64,000 bases of DNA, from positions 273,916 through 337,915 of the forward strand of contig OY970215.1 of the NCBI GenBank assembly GCA_963713945.1. Direction: 5' to 3'. Below are positions 49,171 to 58,744 of the stretch, piece by piece (position 1 is the first letter of the stretch; each line of letters starts with the position of its first letter). The position numbers were made by a program, and so were the translations under genes. This DNA comes from an uncultured Actinomycetota bacterium (lineage in GTDB: Bacteria; Actinomycetota; Actinomycetes; Actinomycetales; Microbacteriaceae). The notes under the pieces are model-generated. The model was not told the DNA's origin. It worked only from the letters and a program-made list of their open reading frames with translations, and searched no databases.

Positions 49171-50056
49171 CTACTTCACGGCACCGAGCGTGAGTCCTTC
49201 ACGCAGCAGCCGGTAGGTGAAGGAGAAAAGAATGAGGATGGGAATGGACGTGATGACACCGAGCGCCATCAGCCCGGGCCAGTTGATGCCGAACGCCGAG
49301 ACCTGCTGAGCGAGCAAGGCGCTGAGCGGGTAGTTGCCCGGCGACAGGAAGAAGTTGACGGCGTAGAGGAATTCGCCCCAGGAGAGCAGGAAGACGAGGG
49401 TGCCGGTCGTGGCCACTCCGTTTCGGGCGATCGGGAGCATGATCGACCAGAACGTCTTCATCACGCTTGCACCGTCGATGGACGCGGCTTCCTCGAGCGC
49501 CTCAGGCACAGCCCGAAAGAACGGTCGGAGCAGAAGCGTGGCGAAAGGAATGAGCAGGGCGGTATCGGCGATGATCACGCCGATGTTCTGGTCGAGCAGG
49601 CCCCACGCTCCGAAGATCTGGTAGAGCGGGATCACGTTCGCGGTTTGACGGCACCATCTGCAGAACGATCAGCAGCCCGAGTCCGATGGTGGTGAGGCGC
49701 GAGTTGACCCGGGCCAGGCCGTAGCCGGCTCGGATGGCGACCAGGAGGGTCAAAGCCGTCGTACCCGCCGCGATGACAAGGGACTGCTGCATCGCCACGA
49801 AGAGACCCTGGTTCGAGAGAACCGAGGTGTACGCCTCGAGCGTGGGGGTGAACAGGAACGATGACTGCGACGAGATCACGTCGCTCGGATCCTTGAGCGA
49901 GGTCAGGACGATGAAGAGGATCGGCACTGCATAGACGAGGAGGAGCCCCACCCTCAGCGGACCGGCGACGGGCTCGAAGCGCCGCCTCTTCCGTCGCGGC
50001 CGGGGAGGAGTCGGCGCGGCCGACGTAGGATCCGCTGCCGGAATCACGATGCTCAT
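49171..50056 (-). pseudogene. ABC transporter permease (MalG type), frameshifted
   Basis: The N-part is ORF 49502..50056 and the C-part ORF 49171..49635 (contains IDGASVMKTFWSIMLPIA). Removing one base near 49648 gives ...LQMVPQTANVIPLYQIF... Confidence 0.8.
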
Positions 50057-50398
50057 GAGTTGGCCTCCTCTGAACGGACGCTGCGCGCGTAGATCACGGC
50101 GGAACGAGAACCAGAAGCACGGAGATGACCGCGGTCGCGGCGCCCATGCCGAAGTCGAACCGGACGAACGCCTGCAGGTAGCTGAGGAACGGCAGCGTGT
50201 TTGTCGCGACCCCCGGCCCCCCGTAGGTCATGACGAAAATGAAGTCGAATGATCGGAAGGCGTAGACGATGGTGAGGACAGCGAGCGCAAGTGCGTTGGT
50301 CGAACGGCGGACGATCATGTGCCGATCTCCTGCCAGCGGGTCGCGCCGTCGATGCGAGCCGCTTCAAAGGTCTCAGCGTGGATCGAGATCCTCCCAGC
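50053..50398 (-). pseudogene. Remnant (C-terminal third) of MalF-type ABC permease
   Basis: Only ...ETFEAARIDGATRWQEI / MIVRRSTNALALAVLTIVYAFRSFDFIFVMTYGGPG... survives, spread over three frames. Switches lie near 50325 and 50100. The N-terminal ~200 aa are absent. Confidence 0.7.
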
Positions 50399-51219
50399 TT
50401 ACCCGCGGCTTCGTTGGCGATCTCCGGCGGCCCAGGTCTGGAACGGAACGGTACGGTCCCAGGTGACGGCTTCGCGAGTGAGTGCGCCGGAAGCAGTCCA
50501 GGACTGAATGGTCGCGAATGCTTCCTCGAGCGGTGCTGCCTGCGGGTCGTCGTAGGTGAAGCCGAAGCTGGACAGCCATGGGTATGCCTGCCATTCACCC
50601 TGGGACTGGGGAAGGCCGGAGAAGCGTGATGCCACCCTTGCCTGCCGCGATCGCGGCGTCGAGCGCCGAGTTCAACTCGTCCATTGTGGTGGGCGGTTCG
50701 ACACCGACCTCATCGAGGATGTCCTGGTTGTACCAGAGCCCGAGGAGGTTGACGTATCCCTGGGCCGCGTAGACCTCGCCCTCGAGCGAGTGAACGGACC
50801 GACTCGGGAAACTCGTCTTTCTCGCCAAAGCTCTCCCACTGCTCGGTCATCGGCGCGAGCGCGCCGCCGAGCGCCAGGGTGGAGGTCTCTGCTCCGTTGA
50901 AGACCACGACGTCGGGCCCGGTCTTCGACCCGACAGCCGAGATCAGCTTGGAATTCATCTGGTCGTAGGGAACGAAGACATTGTCGACGGTCACTCCGTC
51001 GTCGTTCTTCTCGAAGAGTTCCTTGTAGTCGGTCATGACCTTGACCTCGTTCTCGTCGCTGAAGTAGTGCCACGCCGTGATGGTGTCGCTGTCGCCGGAT
51101 GATCCGCCCGACGAGCTGGGGGTGCACCCGGTGAGTGCGAGCGCTGCCGAAGCGGCAATTGCCACCCCGACGAACGGGAGGAAGCAGTTGCGGCTGATAC
51201 GCGGAATTTTCGCTGCCAT
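50399..51219 (-). pseudogene. Remnant of sugar ABC substrate-binding lipoprotein
   Basis: ATG 51219 with a lipoprotein signal (AALALTGCTPSSSGGSSG). The body is split over three frames, with switches near 50798 and 50625. It ends at an in-frame TAA (50399-50401) and is fused to the permease remnant. It is about 130 aa shorter than typical. Confidence 0.7.
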
Positions 51220-51278
51220 GTGAGTTCCTTGTCTGGAATCGTCTTTGATTGGAGTAGTGCACGGGTTTGCCACCTTGA

Positions 51279-51289
51279 CGAAACGTTCC
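51279..51289. promoter_or_regulatory. LacI-type operator half-palindrome CGAAACGTTCC
   Basis: This lies in the divergent region between the SBP remnant and lacI remnant. It is near-identical to the reverse complement of the site at 51370-51380. Confidence 0.5.
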
Positions 51290-51369
51290 GAAAAGGTTTT
51301 CGGTGAATCTAGCATTACCTCATCGCTTCCGTCAACCGGTGTATTGTCAAGTCAGCCGAAAGAGTTGGT

Positions 51370-51380
51370 CGAACGTTTCG
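51370..51380. promoter_or_regulatory. LacI-type operator CGAACGTTTCG
   Basis: This is the palindromic AACGTT core typical of LacI/GalR operators and the second copy in the same intergenic region. Confidence 0.5.
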
Positions 51381-51459
51381 TGACAGACGCGAGAGCGCCA
51401 ACGGCACCGCTCTGGCGGTGCCACAGAGCCAGCAGCCGCGAACACCCCAGGGGCGCACC

Positions 51460-52471
51460 ATGACAATCGCACACACGCCGCCTCCTCGGGCAACCCTTCG
51501 CGACGTCGCGAAACTGGCGGAAGTACTCCGTCGCCACCGCATCAAAAGCACTGAATGGCCGGGCTGAAGTCCATCCCGATACACGAGCACGGGTACTCGT
51601 CGCCGCCGAGAAGATCTCCTTCACACCGAACGCCCTGGCGCGAGGCCTCCTCGCTGGCCAGACCGGAACGGTCGGCCTCATCGCCGGCGACCTCGACGGC
51701 AGATTCTCGCTCCCATCCTGATGGGGGCCGAGGATGCCTTCGGGAAGGGAAAAATGTCGGTGTTCCTCTGCGACGCGAGAGGCGACTCGATCCGCGAGCA
51801 ATACCATCTGGAGGCGCTCCTGAGCCGCCGCGTCGATGGCCTGATCGTCGTCGGGTCGCGGACGGACCCACGACCGTCGATCGGACGGAACCTGCCGGTC
51901 CCTGTCGTGTACGCCTACGGTCCATCGACCGACGAGAACGACCTCTCGCTCATCGTCGACAACGTGGGTGGCGGCGCCGATTCCGCCGAGTTCATGGTGT
52001 CTCGAGGCCGCCGGCGTATCGCGCACATCACCGGTGAGTCCGACTATGTGGCCGCGCAAGACCCGCGTCCCGGTATCGAGAAAGCGCTCAGTCGCCACGG
52101 CCTCTCGCTCGTGGGCGGTGCGCAGTTCGGCTCGTGGACCGAGCAGTGGGGACGCAACGCGACAGCACGACTGATCGAGAAACATCCGGATGTCGATGGC
52201 ATCCTCTGCGGAAACGATCAGATCGCCCGCGGCGCGCTCGACACACTGCACGAAGCGGGCTGGGGCGTCCCCTCCCGCGTTTCCGTGATGGGATACGACA
52301 ACTGGGAAGTCTTCACGACGGGGGCGAGCCCGCACCTCACGAGTGTCGACATGAACCTCGAGGCGCTCAGGGGCTCGTGCTGCACGTCGTCTGTTCGACG
52401 CGATCAACGGAGAAGCCAGCCCAGGCATCGAGTCCCTGCCGTGCCGCGTCGTCCCGCGCGAAAGCACGTAG
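51460..52471 (+). pseudogene. LacI family transcriptional regulator, three frameshifts
   Basis: The HTH ...ATLRDVAKLA / YSVATASKALNGRAEVHPDTRARV and the sugar-binding body (ORF 51721..52518) are in different frames. Switches lie near 51518-51523, 51712-51715 and 52368-52376. The restored C-terminus would be ...ARAARRLFDAINGEASPGIESLPCRVVPRES. Confidence 0.8.
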
Positions 52472-52514
52472 AGGCCCCGCCAGCCAAGCCGACGAGGCCT
52501 CCACCAGACAGGTG

Positions 52515-53377
52515 CTAGCGCTCGATCTTGTCGAGGTGCAGCATCCTGGCGAGGTTCTTGTCGAGTTCATCGTCGCGGAAGACCTTCTTCCAGTCCTCTT
52601 TGATGATGGAATCCTTGCCGTAATCCATCGCGATCAGACAGGCGTCGCTGAACGGGTTATCGCCGCGAAGTCCGTTGGCGAGGGCAACCTGGGTGTGGCC
52701 GAGCAGGATCGAACGGGCAGCCGGCTCGGGGACGCCCATGGTGTTCACGGCTTCGTCGAGTGCCTCCTTCAGAAGCGCACCGATCATGCAGGCGATGGTC
52801 TCGACGAGTGTGGGCTCGAGCTGGGCGAGCTGTTTGATCGTGACCCAGTGCACGTCGACGACGGGTGCGTAGATGGCGCGGACCGTCGCCTCGACGATGG
52901 CTTTCTTGGCCGGGTCGTCCGATTCGATGGCGGCGATGGCATCCTGCGGCGCGGCGATCCCGCCAAAAGTATCCGCGTATTCCTCCGGAGTAGTTCGCTG
53001 GAGGAAGATCGACGGGTGGCAGGGGTGCGCCACCGCCTGGATGACGTCATCGCGGGTGGTGAGCAGTCCCGCATACGCAGCCGCAGGGTCGAGCGTCAGT
53101 ACTATGGCACCGGCCTTCAACTGGGGAACGATATCCGCCGTCACCGGCCCGAGGGCGAGGTCAGGAACGGCGAGCACGACGATGTCGGCATCGGCCACAG
53201 CATCGGTCGTCTCGGTGAGCTCCCTCCCCGCCGCTCGAACCCGATCCTGGCCGGCGGGTGAATTCTCGCTGTAGAAGACGGTGTGATCCGTCTTCGCGAG
53301 ATTGTCGGAGACGCGAGTCCCCATCTTCCGCCTGCGCCGATCACGGCGATGGTGGGGGTGAAGTCTGTCAGGGTCAT
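52515..53377 (-). pseudogene. NAD(P)-binding oxidoreductase (6-phosphogluconate/beta-hydroxyacid-dehydrogenase-like), N-terminal frameshift
   Basis: ATG 53377 gives MTLTDFTPTIAVIGAGG. The body (MGTRVSDNLAK...) is ORF 52515..53324 in another frame. One missing base near 53325-53330 would restore IGAGGKMGTRV. Confidence 0.7.
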
Positions 53378-54168
53378 CGGTTTCTCCTCAGGTAGTCCAG
53401 GGTGGTAGCCGTCCAGTCAATCTCTGCCCGGACGGTGGTCTCGGGGTCGCCCTGCCACGGCAACCAGTGTTCGACGATTTCGTTGATGCCTCTTGGCGTT
53501 GGCCGTACCTTCTCGAGCAGGTGGGGGTAGTCGTGCAAGCCCTCGCCCATCGGGGTACCGCTGTAGGTGAATCCGACCCAACCGTCCTGGCGCGCGAAGG
53601 CGAAATCCTTCACGTGGACATTGCGGGCGAGCGCGGCGCATCGTTCGACTGCTTCTTTCGGAAGCTCCAGCCCCGCCACGACATTCGCCGGGTCGAGACA
53701 GATACCGAGCTGCTCGCTGCCGACTCCCTCGACGAGGCGGACGAGATCGGTTGTGTGCACCTGCTCGTACGTCTCGAGCGCGAGCGTCACACCTGCGGCC
53801 TCGAATGCAGGCATCATCGCGTCGAGCATCTGCGCGGCTTCGTCGAGGCCAGGCCGAGATTCCGGCGTATACAGCATGCTGCGAATGAGCTTCGCGTCGA
53901 ACAGGTCGGCGAGCCGGAGGAAGTCCGTGAGGTGCGCGCGTTCGATTCCCTTGGTGCCCAGTTCGATCTCGAGCCCGAGCGTACGGGCTTCGCGCGCGGC
54001 CGACTCGAGTTCGGTGTGGGACATGGTGAGCAGCGGCGCGTAGTCACAGATCTGAAAAAGCTCCACGTCGAGCTCCCTGGTCCGCTCAAAAGCGCCGATC
54101 AGGCTGAGCGGGTTTGGCACGCGCGTCGAATGCTGCCAGAAGAAGGCGTAGGTCCCGAGTCCGATCAT
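53374..54168 (-). CDS. Sugar phosphate isomerase/epimerase (xylose-isomerase-like TIM barrel)
   Basis: ATG 54168 (MIGLGTYAFFW...) overlaps the upstream stop (ATGA). Family motifs LETYEQ and NVHVKDF are present. Confidence 0.75.
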   Translation of the reverse strand: MIGLGTYAFFWQHSTRVPNPLSLIGAFERTRELDVELFQICDYAPLLTMSHTELESAAREARTLGLEIELGTKGIERAHLTDFLRLADLFDAKLIRSMLYTPESRPGLDEAAQMLDAMMPAFEAAGVTLALETYEQVHTTDLVRLVEGVGSEQLGICLDPANVVAGLELPKEAVERCAALARNVHVKDFAFARQDGWVGFTYSGTPMGEGLHDYPHLLEKVRPTPRGINEIVEHWLPWQGDPETTVRAEIDWTATTLDYLRRNR

Positions 54169-54935
54169 GCGCGCACCGTCGAATGGGCGAGATTGGCGGC
54201 TTCGTCGAGCACGGATGCCAGAGCGACGGGGTCGTGGGCGAACCGACCGAGAAAGAGACCGTCGACGGCACCGTTCAGTGAGGTCAGCAGCCCGGGACCC
54301 GCAGATCCACCGTAGATTACGGAGCTTCCCGTTCGACCGTCGAGCGACGCGATGACGGTGCGCAGACGAGCGCACACCACCCGAATATGTTCAGCGCCTG
54401 CGGGCTCAGCCGCGCCGATCGCCCAGATGGGCTCATAGGCAACGACCACCCGTCCGGCCGGAGCATCCGCGAGGGCGAATTCCAGTTGGCTTGCGACATC
54501 CTCTGCCGCGACACGCGCCTCGCCACGGACCGACTCCCCGATGCAGAGCACTGGAGTAATCCCGTTTCGTAAGGCCGCGGACGTCTTTGCCGCAACGATC
54601 TCCTCAGTTTCACCGAACATTCGTCGTCGTTCAGCGTGGCCGACCTCGACGACGCCGACACCAAGTTCCGCAAGTTCGACACCGCTGACTTCCCCGGTGT
54701 ATGCGCCCTCGTCCTCCCAGAACAGATCCTGGGCACCGATGATCACCGGTGTGTGCGCGAGGGCACCGACCGCTGCGGGGATTGCAACGAAGCTGGGAAT
54801 GATGAACAGTTCGACGGCTCCGTTCTGCACGGACTCGTTCTTCCGGGCGAGCCGATCGACCTGATCGAACCACTCAAGGGCGCGGGCGTGCCGGAAATAC
54901 ATCTTCAGGCTCACACCCACGACAACGGGAGGCAT
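54165..54935 (-). CDS. Triose-phosphate-isomerase family protein (paralogue)
   Basis: 256 aa with TIM motifs (VGVSLKMY, GAQDLFWEDEGAYTGEVS, VEVGHAERR, CIGE). Confidence 0.8.
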   Translation of the reverse strand: MPPVVVGVSLKMYFRHARALEWFDQVDRLARKNESVQNGAVELFIIPSFVAIPAAVGALAHTPVIIGAQDLFWEDEGAYTGEVSGVELAELGVGVVEVGHAERRRMFGETEEIVAAKTSAALRNGITPVLCIGESVRGEARVAAEDVASQLEFALADAPAGRVVVAYEPIWAIGAAEPAGAEHIRVVCARLRTVIASLDGRTGSSVIYGGSAGPGLLTSLNGAVDGLFLGRFAHDPVALASVLDEAANLAHSTVRA

Positions 54936-55402
54936 CAGCAGCTGCCGGTGGATTCATACGTGTCGAGGACGGCCACTTTCTCGGCACTCGCCGACGTCTC
55001 ATCGAAGCGGTAAGTGAGCCACTCGCGGACGAGCCGTCGGGCGAGTTCGGCGCCGATGACACGTTGCCCGAGGGCGAGGACCTGGGCGTTGTTCGAGAGA
55101 ACGAGGCGCTCGACAGAAAAGCTATCGTGGGCGACGGATGCACGGATGCCGCGAACCTTGCCCGCGGCCATGGCGACTCCCATGCCCGTTCCGCAGATCA
55201 CGAGCCCGCGGTCGGCCTTCCCTGCAGCGACCGTCTCGCCGACCGTGACGCCGACCCGGGGGTAGGGAGTGCGTCCGCCAGCATCCACGCCGACGTCGGT
55301 GACGCTCTCGACCAGGTCGCTGGCGAGAAGATCCTTCTTGAGGATCTCTTTGTAGTCGAACCCGGCGTCATCCGACCCGATCACAATACGAAGCTTGTCC
55401 AT
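54935..55402 (-). CDS. rpiB: Ribose-5-phosphate isomerase B family (RpiB/LacA/LacB)
   Basis: 155 aa (MDKLRIVIGSDDAGFDYKE...VICGTGMGVAMAAGKVRGIRA). Start and stop share bases with the neighbouring genes. Confidence 0.85.
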   Translation of the reverse strand: MDKLRIVIGSDDAGFDYKEILKKDLLASDLVESVTDVGVDAGGRTPYPRVGVTVGETVAAGKADRGLVICGTGMGVAMAAGKVRGIRASVAHDSFSVERLVLSNNAQVLALGQRVIGAELARRLVREWLTYRFDETSASAEKVAVLDTYESTGSC

Positions 55403-57132
55403 TATTTTTCCTGTTCGTTTTCCGCGAGGACGGTTGTGATGCGCTGCACGATGAGCGCGAGGGAGTGGGCCCCGGCATCCGGTGTTCCGAGGGATTTCTC
55501 GGCGTGGGGGCGGGCCCGCCCCATGAGCGGAAGCAAATCGGCCGTTGCTGCGGCGGCGGCGCTGGACACGTCAGCGGCGACCGCCCACGCTGCGGCCAAC
55601 CGTGCTCCCCCGGCGATTTCGTGCGAGAGCGCATCAGCGAATGGCACGAGTGAGTCGACCATTGTCTTGTCGCCCGGTACCGCACCGAACGTGAGAATCC
55701 TGTCTGTCGCCGCCCGTACCCCCGCACTGACGGCGACGGCGGCGGGCGCATCGGTGTTCCCGAGTTCAGTGGCCACCGCGGTGAGCGCTGCACCCCAGAG
55801 TGCGCCGGATGTTCCTCCGGCTCGGTCGGACCACGCATCGGCGGCTCGGGTGAGCAAGGTCTCGACTCCGGCGCCGCGGTCGAGGGCGTCATATGCTGCA
55901 GCACGTGCAGCGTGCGCCCCGCGCTGCATTCCGATGCCGTGGTCACCGTCTCCGGCGACCGCGTCGATCCGCCCGAGTTCGTCGACGTTTTCGTCGACGA
56001 CCGAGGCAATCGCGTCAACCACACGAGCGGCAATAACTGCAGCGGCTCGCGACTCGTCGCTCGCCTCCGGAATCTCATCGACGGAATCGATCTGGTCGGC
56101 GACCGGCGCCTGCTCGACCCTCGCGACCGATCCCTTGCGGTAGGCGGGTGTGTCAGCGGGTGCACGCCAGAAGCCCTCGAGTTCGTCGTCGAGCCAGAAC
56201 AAGGTCAGCGAAGTCCCGGCCATGTCGAAGCTCGTCACTAGTTCGCCGACCTCAGGGTCGACGATGGTCACGCCCACATCACTCAGCAGTTCGGCCACCC
56301 GTCGGTAGACAACAAAGAGTTCCTCGTACTTGACCGAGCCGAGGCCGTTGAGAATGACTCCGGCCCGCTGCCCGTCGGCCGAAGCGATCCCCTCCGGTAA
56401 TTCGGCGAGCAGGGTCGAGACAAACAGTTCGGCGAGACCGTTCGCGGTCGGAACGTCCGTTTCGTCAATTCCCGGCTCACCGTGAATTCCGATACCGACA
56501 CCCATCCGCCCCTCTGGCACCGTGAACAGTGGCGCGTCGGCGCCGGGCAGCGTGCAGCCGGTGAACGCGACACCGAACGAACGAGTGCGCTCATTGGCGA
56601 GAGTGGCGACACGCACCACCTCATCGAGGGAGTACCCTGCCTCCGCGGCTGCTGCAGCCGCCTTGAAAACGGTCAGGTCACCAGCGATCCCCCGGCGTTT
56701 GTGTTTCTCCGATATTGGGGCACTGGCAACGTCGTCCGTGACGACGACCGTCCGGCAGTCGATGCCCTCGGCGATGAGCCGCTCCTGGGCCTGGTTGAAA
56801 TGAAGCACATCTCCGGCGTAGTTGCCGTAGCTGAACAGCACGCCCCCACCGAGGTGTGCTGCTGCGCCGACCGCGTGCACCTGCTGTGCAGACGGAGACG
56901 CGAAGAGGTTGCCCATCGCCGCACCATGCGCGAGACCCTGCCCGACGAGCCCGCCGAATGCCGGGTAGTGCCCGGAACCGCCGCCAATGACGAGAGCGAC
57001 CGATCCGGGCGTCGAAACAGTGCTTCGGATGACTCCGCCAGACACTCGGCGCACCTGGTGCGCGTTGGCGGCGACGAAACCGTCGATCATCTCGTCGGCG
57101 AACGCGACGGGGTCGTTGAACAAGCGGGTCAT
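55402..57132 (-). CDS. Fused DhaK-DhaL dihydroxyacetone-kinase-family kinase (possible tetrulose kinase)
   Basis: ATG 57132 (MTRLFNDPVAFADEMIDGF...). The DhaK region shows GGGSGHYPAFGG and the C-terminal DhaL region shows GDGDHG. Total length is 577 aa. Confidence 0.8.
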   Translation of the reverse strand: MTRLFNDPVAFADEMIDGFVAANAHQVRRVSGGVIRSTVSTPGSVALVIGGGSGHYPAFGGLVGQGLAHGAAMGNLFASPSAQQVHAVGAAAHLGGGVLFSYGNYAGDVLHFNQAQERLIAEGIDCRTVVVTDDVASAPISEKHKRRGIAGDLTVFKAAAAAAEAGYSLDEVVRVATLANERTRSFGVAFTGCTLPGADAPLFTVPEGRMGVGIGIHGEPGIDETDVPTANGLAELFVSTLLAELPEGIASADGQRAGVILNGLGSVKYEELFVVYRRVAELLSDVGVTIVDPEVGELVTSFDMAGTSLTLFWLDDELEGFWRAPADTPAYRKGSVARVEQAPVADQIDSVDEIPEASDESRAAAVIAARVVDAIASVVDENVDELGRIDAVAGDGDHGIGMQRGAHAARAAAYDALDRGAGVETLLTRAADAWSDRAGGTSGALWGAALTAVATELGNTDAPAAVAVSAGVRAATDRILTFGAVPGDKTMVDSLVPFADALSHEIAGGARLAAAWAVAADVSSAAAAATADLLPLMGRARPHAEKSLGTPDAGAHSLALIVQRITTVLAENEQEK

Positions 57133-57208
57133 GATCTCTGTGCTCCGATGGCTGGGATGTGACGAGTAGGGGAAGCGGAGCGGCAGGAAGCTGCCGCTCC
57201 GCCGGTGC

Positions 57209-58582
57209 TTAGTGCGCCAGTGTTTCGGTGGCGATCGGCTCGACCGGATCGATCGATCCTGGCTTCTTCCGGGCACGCGCGAGCAGAAGCATGATGACCC
57301 CTGAGAGGGCCATGAACCCGCCCACGATGAACATGGGGACTTCATATCCGCCGGTGAGGTCGGCAGCTGCCCCCGTGATGTACGGAGCCGAGAAGCCGGC
57401 GAGGTTACCAACAGTGTTGATCAGCGCGATACCCGCCGCAGCAGCAGCACCGGTCAGGAACTGAGTCGGCAGGGTCCAGAAGTTCGGCAGCGCGGAGAAG
57501 ATCGCCATGGCGGTGACGGCGATGATCGCGATGGTCGCAACGGGCGATCCAGCGAACAGAGCGAAGGGGATGCTCAGTGCGCCGACGAAGGCTGGAATCG
57601 CGATGTGCCAGGTCTTCAAGCCGCGCTTGGTCGCATCCCGAGCCCAGAAATGCAGCGCGATGGCGGCCGGAATATAAGGGATAGCGGTGATGAGCCCCTT
57701 CTGGAAGACATCGAGCTCAGTACCGAACTGGGCTTGGAACCCTTCGATGATGGTCGGGAGGAAGAACCCGAGAGCGTAGAGACCGTAGATGAATCCGAAA
57801 TAGATGAACGCCAGCGCCCACACGCGCCCGCTCTTGAACGCGTCGCGAATACGGCCGCGCCCGTGTTTCTGCTCGGTGGAGGTACGCTCGTGCTCGAGGG
57901 CTGCGGTGAGCCAGACTTTTTCGTCAGCAGTCAGCCACTTCGCGTCGGCAGGGCGATCCTTGAGGTAGAACCAGGCGATGACTCCGATGATGATCGCGGG
58001 GATCGCGACTCCGGCGAACATGAAACGCCATCCCTCAAGACCGAACAGCCCGTCCTGCTGAATCAGGATGGCAGCGAGCGGGGCGCCGATCACAGTGGTG
58101 AGCGGCTGTGCCAGGTAGAACAGCGCGAGGATCTTCGACCGATGTGCTGCGGGCACCCACAGGCTGAGGAAGAGGATTGCCCCGGGGAAGAATCCGGCCT
58201 CGGCGACGCCAAGTAGGAATCGCAGTCCGATGAGCTGTTCAAAGTTCCCGACCCAGGTGAAGAGCAGGGCGACGATTCCCCAGCTGACCATGATGCGGGC
58301 GAGCCACTTGCGTGCCCCAAACCGATGCAGCGCGAGGTTTGACGGGACCTCGAGCAGGATGTAGCCAATGAAGAAAACTCCGGACGCAAATCCGAACTGG
58401 GCGGCAGACAAAGCGAGATCGTCGTTCATCCCGTTGGGAGCGGCGAACCCGATCGCGGTCCTGTCCAGGTAATTGATGAAGAACATCAGCGCCACGAATG
58501 GCACAAGGCGGATGGCAACCTTCTTGATGGCGGATTTTTCGACCGCTGACTGGGGGCGTGGGCCCGGGGTGGTGGATGCCAC
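57209..58582 (-). CDS. MFS transporter, anion:cation symporter (ACS)-like
   Basis: 457 aa with 12 TM segments. The N-terminal motif is FFINYLDRTAIGFAAP, and GVAEAGFFPG is typical of ACS-family organic-anion permeases. Confidence 0.8.
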   Translation of the reverse strand: MASTTPGPRPQSAVEKSAIKKVAIRLVPFVALMFFINYLDRTAIGFAAPNGMNDDLALSAAQFGFASGVFFIGYILLEVPSNLALHRFGARKWLARIMVSWGIVALLFTWVGNFEQLIGLRFLLGVAEAGFFPGAILFLSLWVPAAHRSKILALFYLAQPLTTVIGAPLAAILIQQDGLFGLEGWRFMFAGVAIPAIIIGVIAWFYLKDRPADAKWLTADEKVWLTAALEHERTSTEQKHGRGRIRDAFKSGRVWALAFIYFGFIYGLYALGFFLPTIIEGFQAQFGTELDVFQKGLITAIPYIPAAIALHFWARDATKRGLKTWHIAIPAFVGALSIPFALFAGSPVATIAIIAVTAMAIFSALPNFWTLPTQFLTGAAAAAGIALINTVGNLAGFSAPYITGAAADLTGGYEVPMFIVGGFMALSGVIMLLLARARKKPGSIDPVEPIATETLAH

Positions 58583-58675
58583 AGTAACTCCTTCGTTAAG
58601 ACGGGTGGCGGCACACGCATTCGAGAGGGAACTTCGATGCTCGCCTCAATGAGTATTCGCTTTTCTCTCGATCCT

Positions 58676-58711
58676 GTCAACCGGTTGACCAAAATAAGTC
58701 AACCGGTGGAC
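58676..58711. promoter_or_regulatory. Two GTCAACCGGT(T/G)GAC palindromes; candidate GntR/FadR operators
   Basis: GTCAACCGGTTGAC (58676-58689) is a perfect 14-bp palindrome, and GTCAACCGGTGGAC (58698-58711) is a near copy 22 bp away centre to centre. Both lie in the divergent MFS/GntR intergenic region. Confidence 0.6.
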
Positions 58712-58744
58712 ACGTGACGTCGGTAGGTCTTGTAGCTTGGAGTC

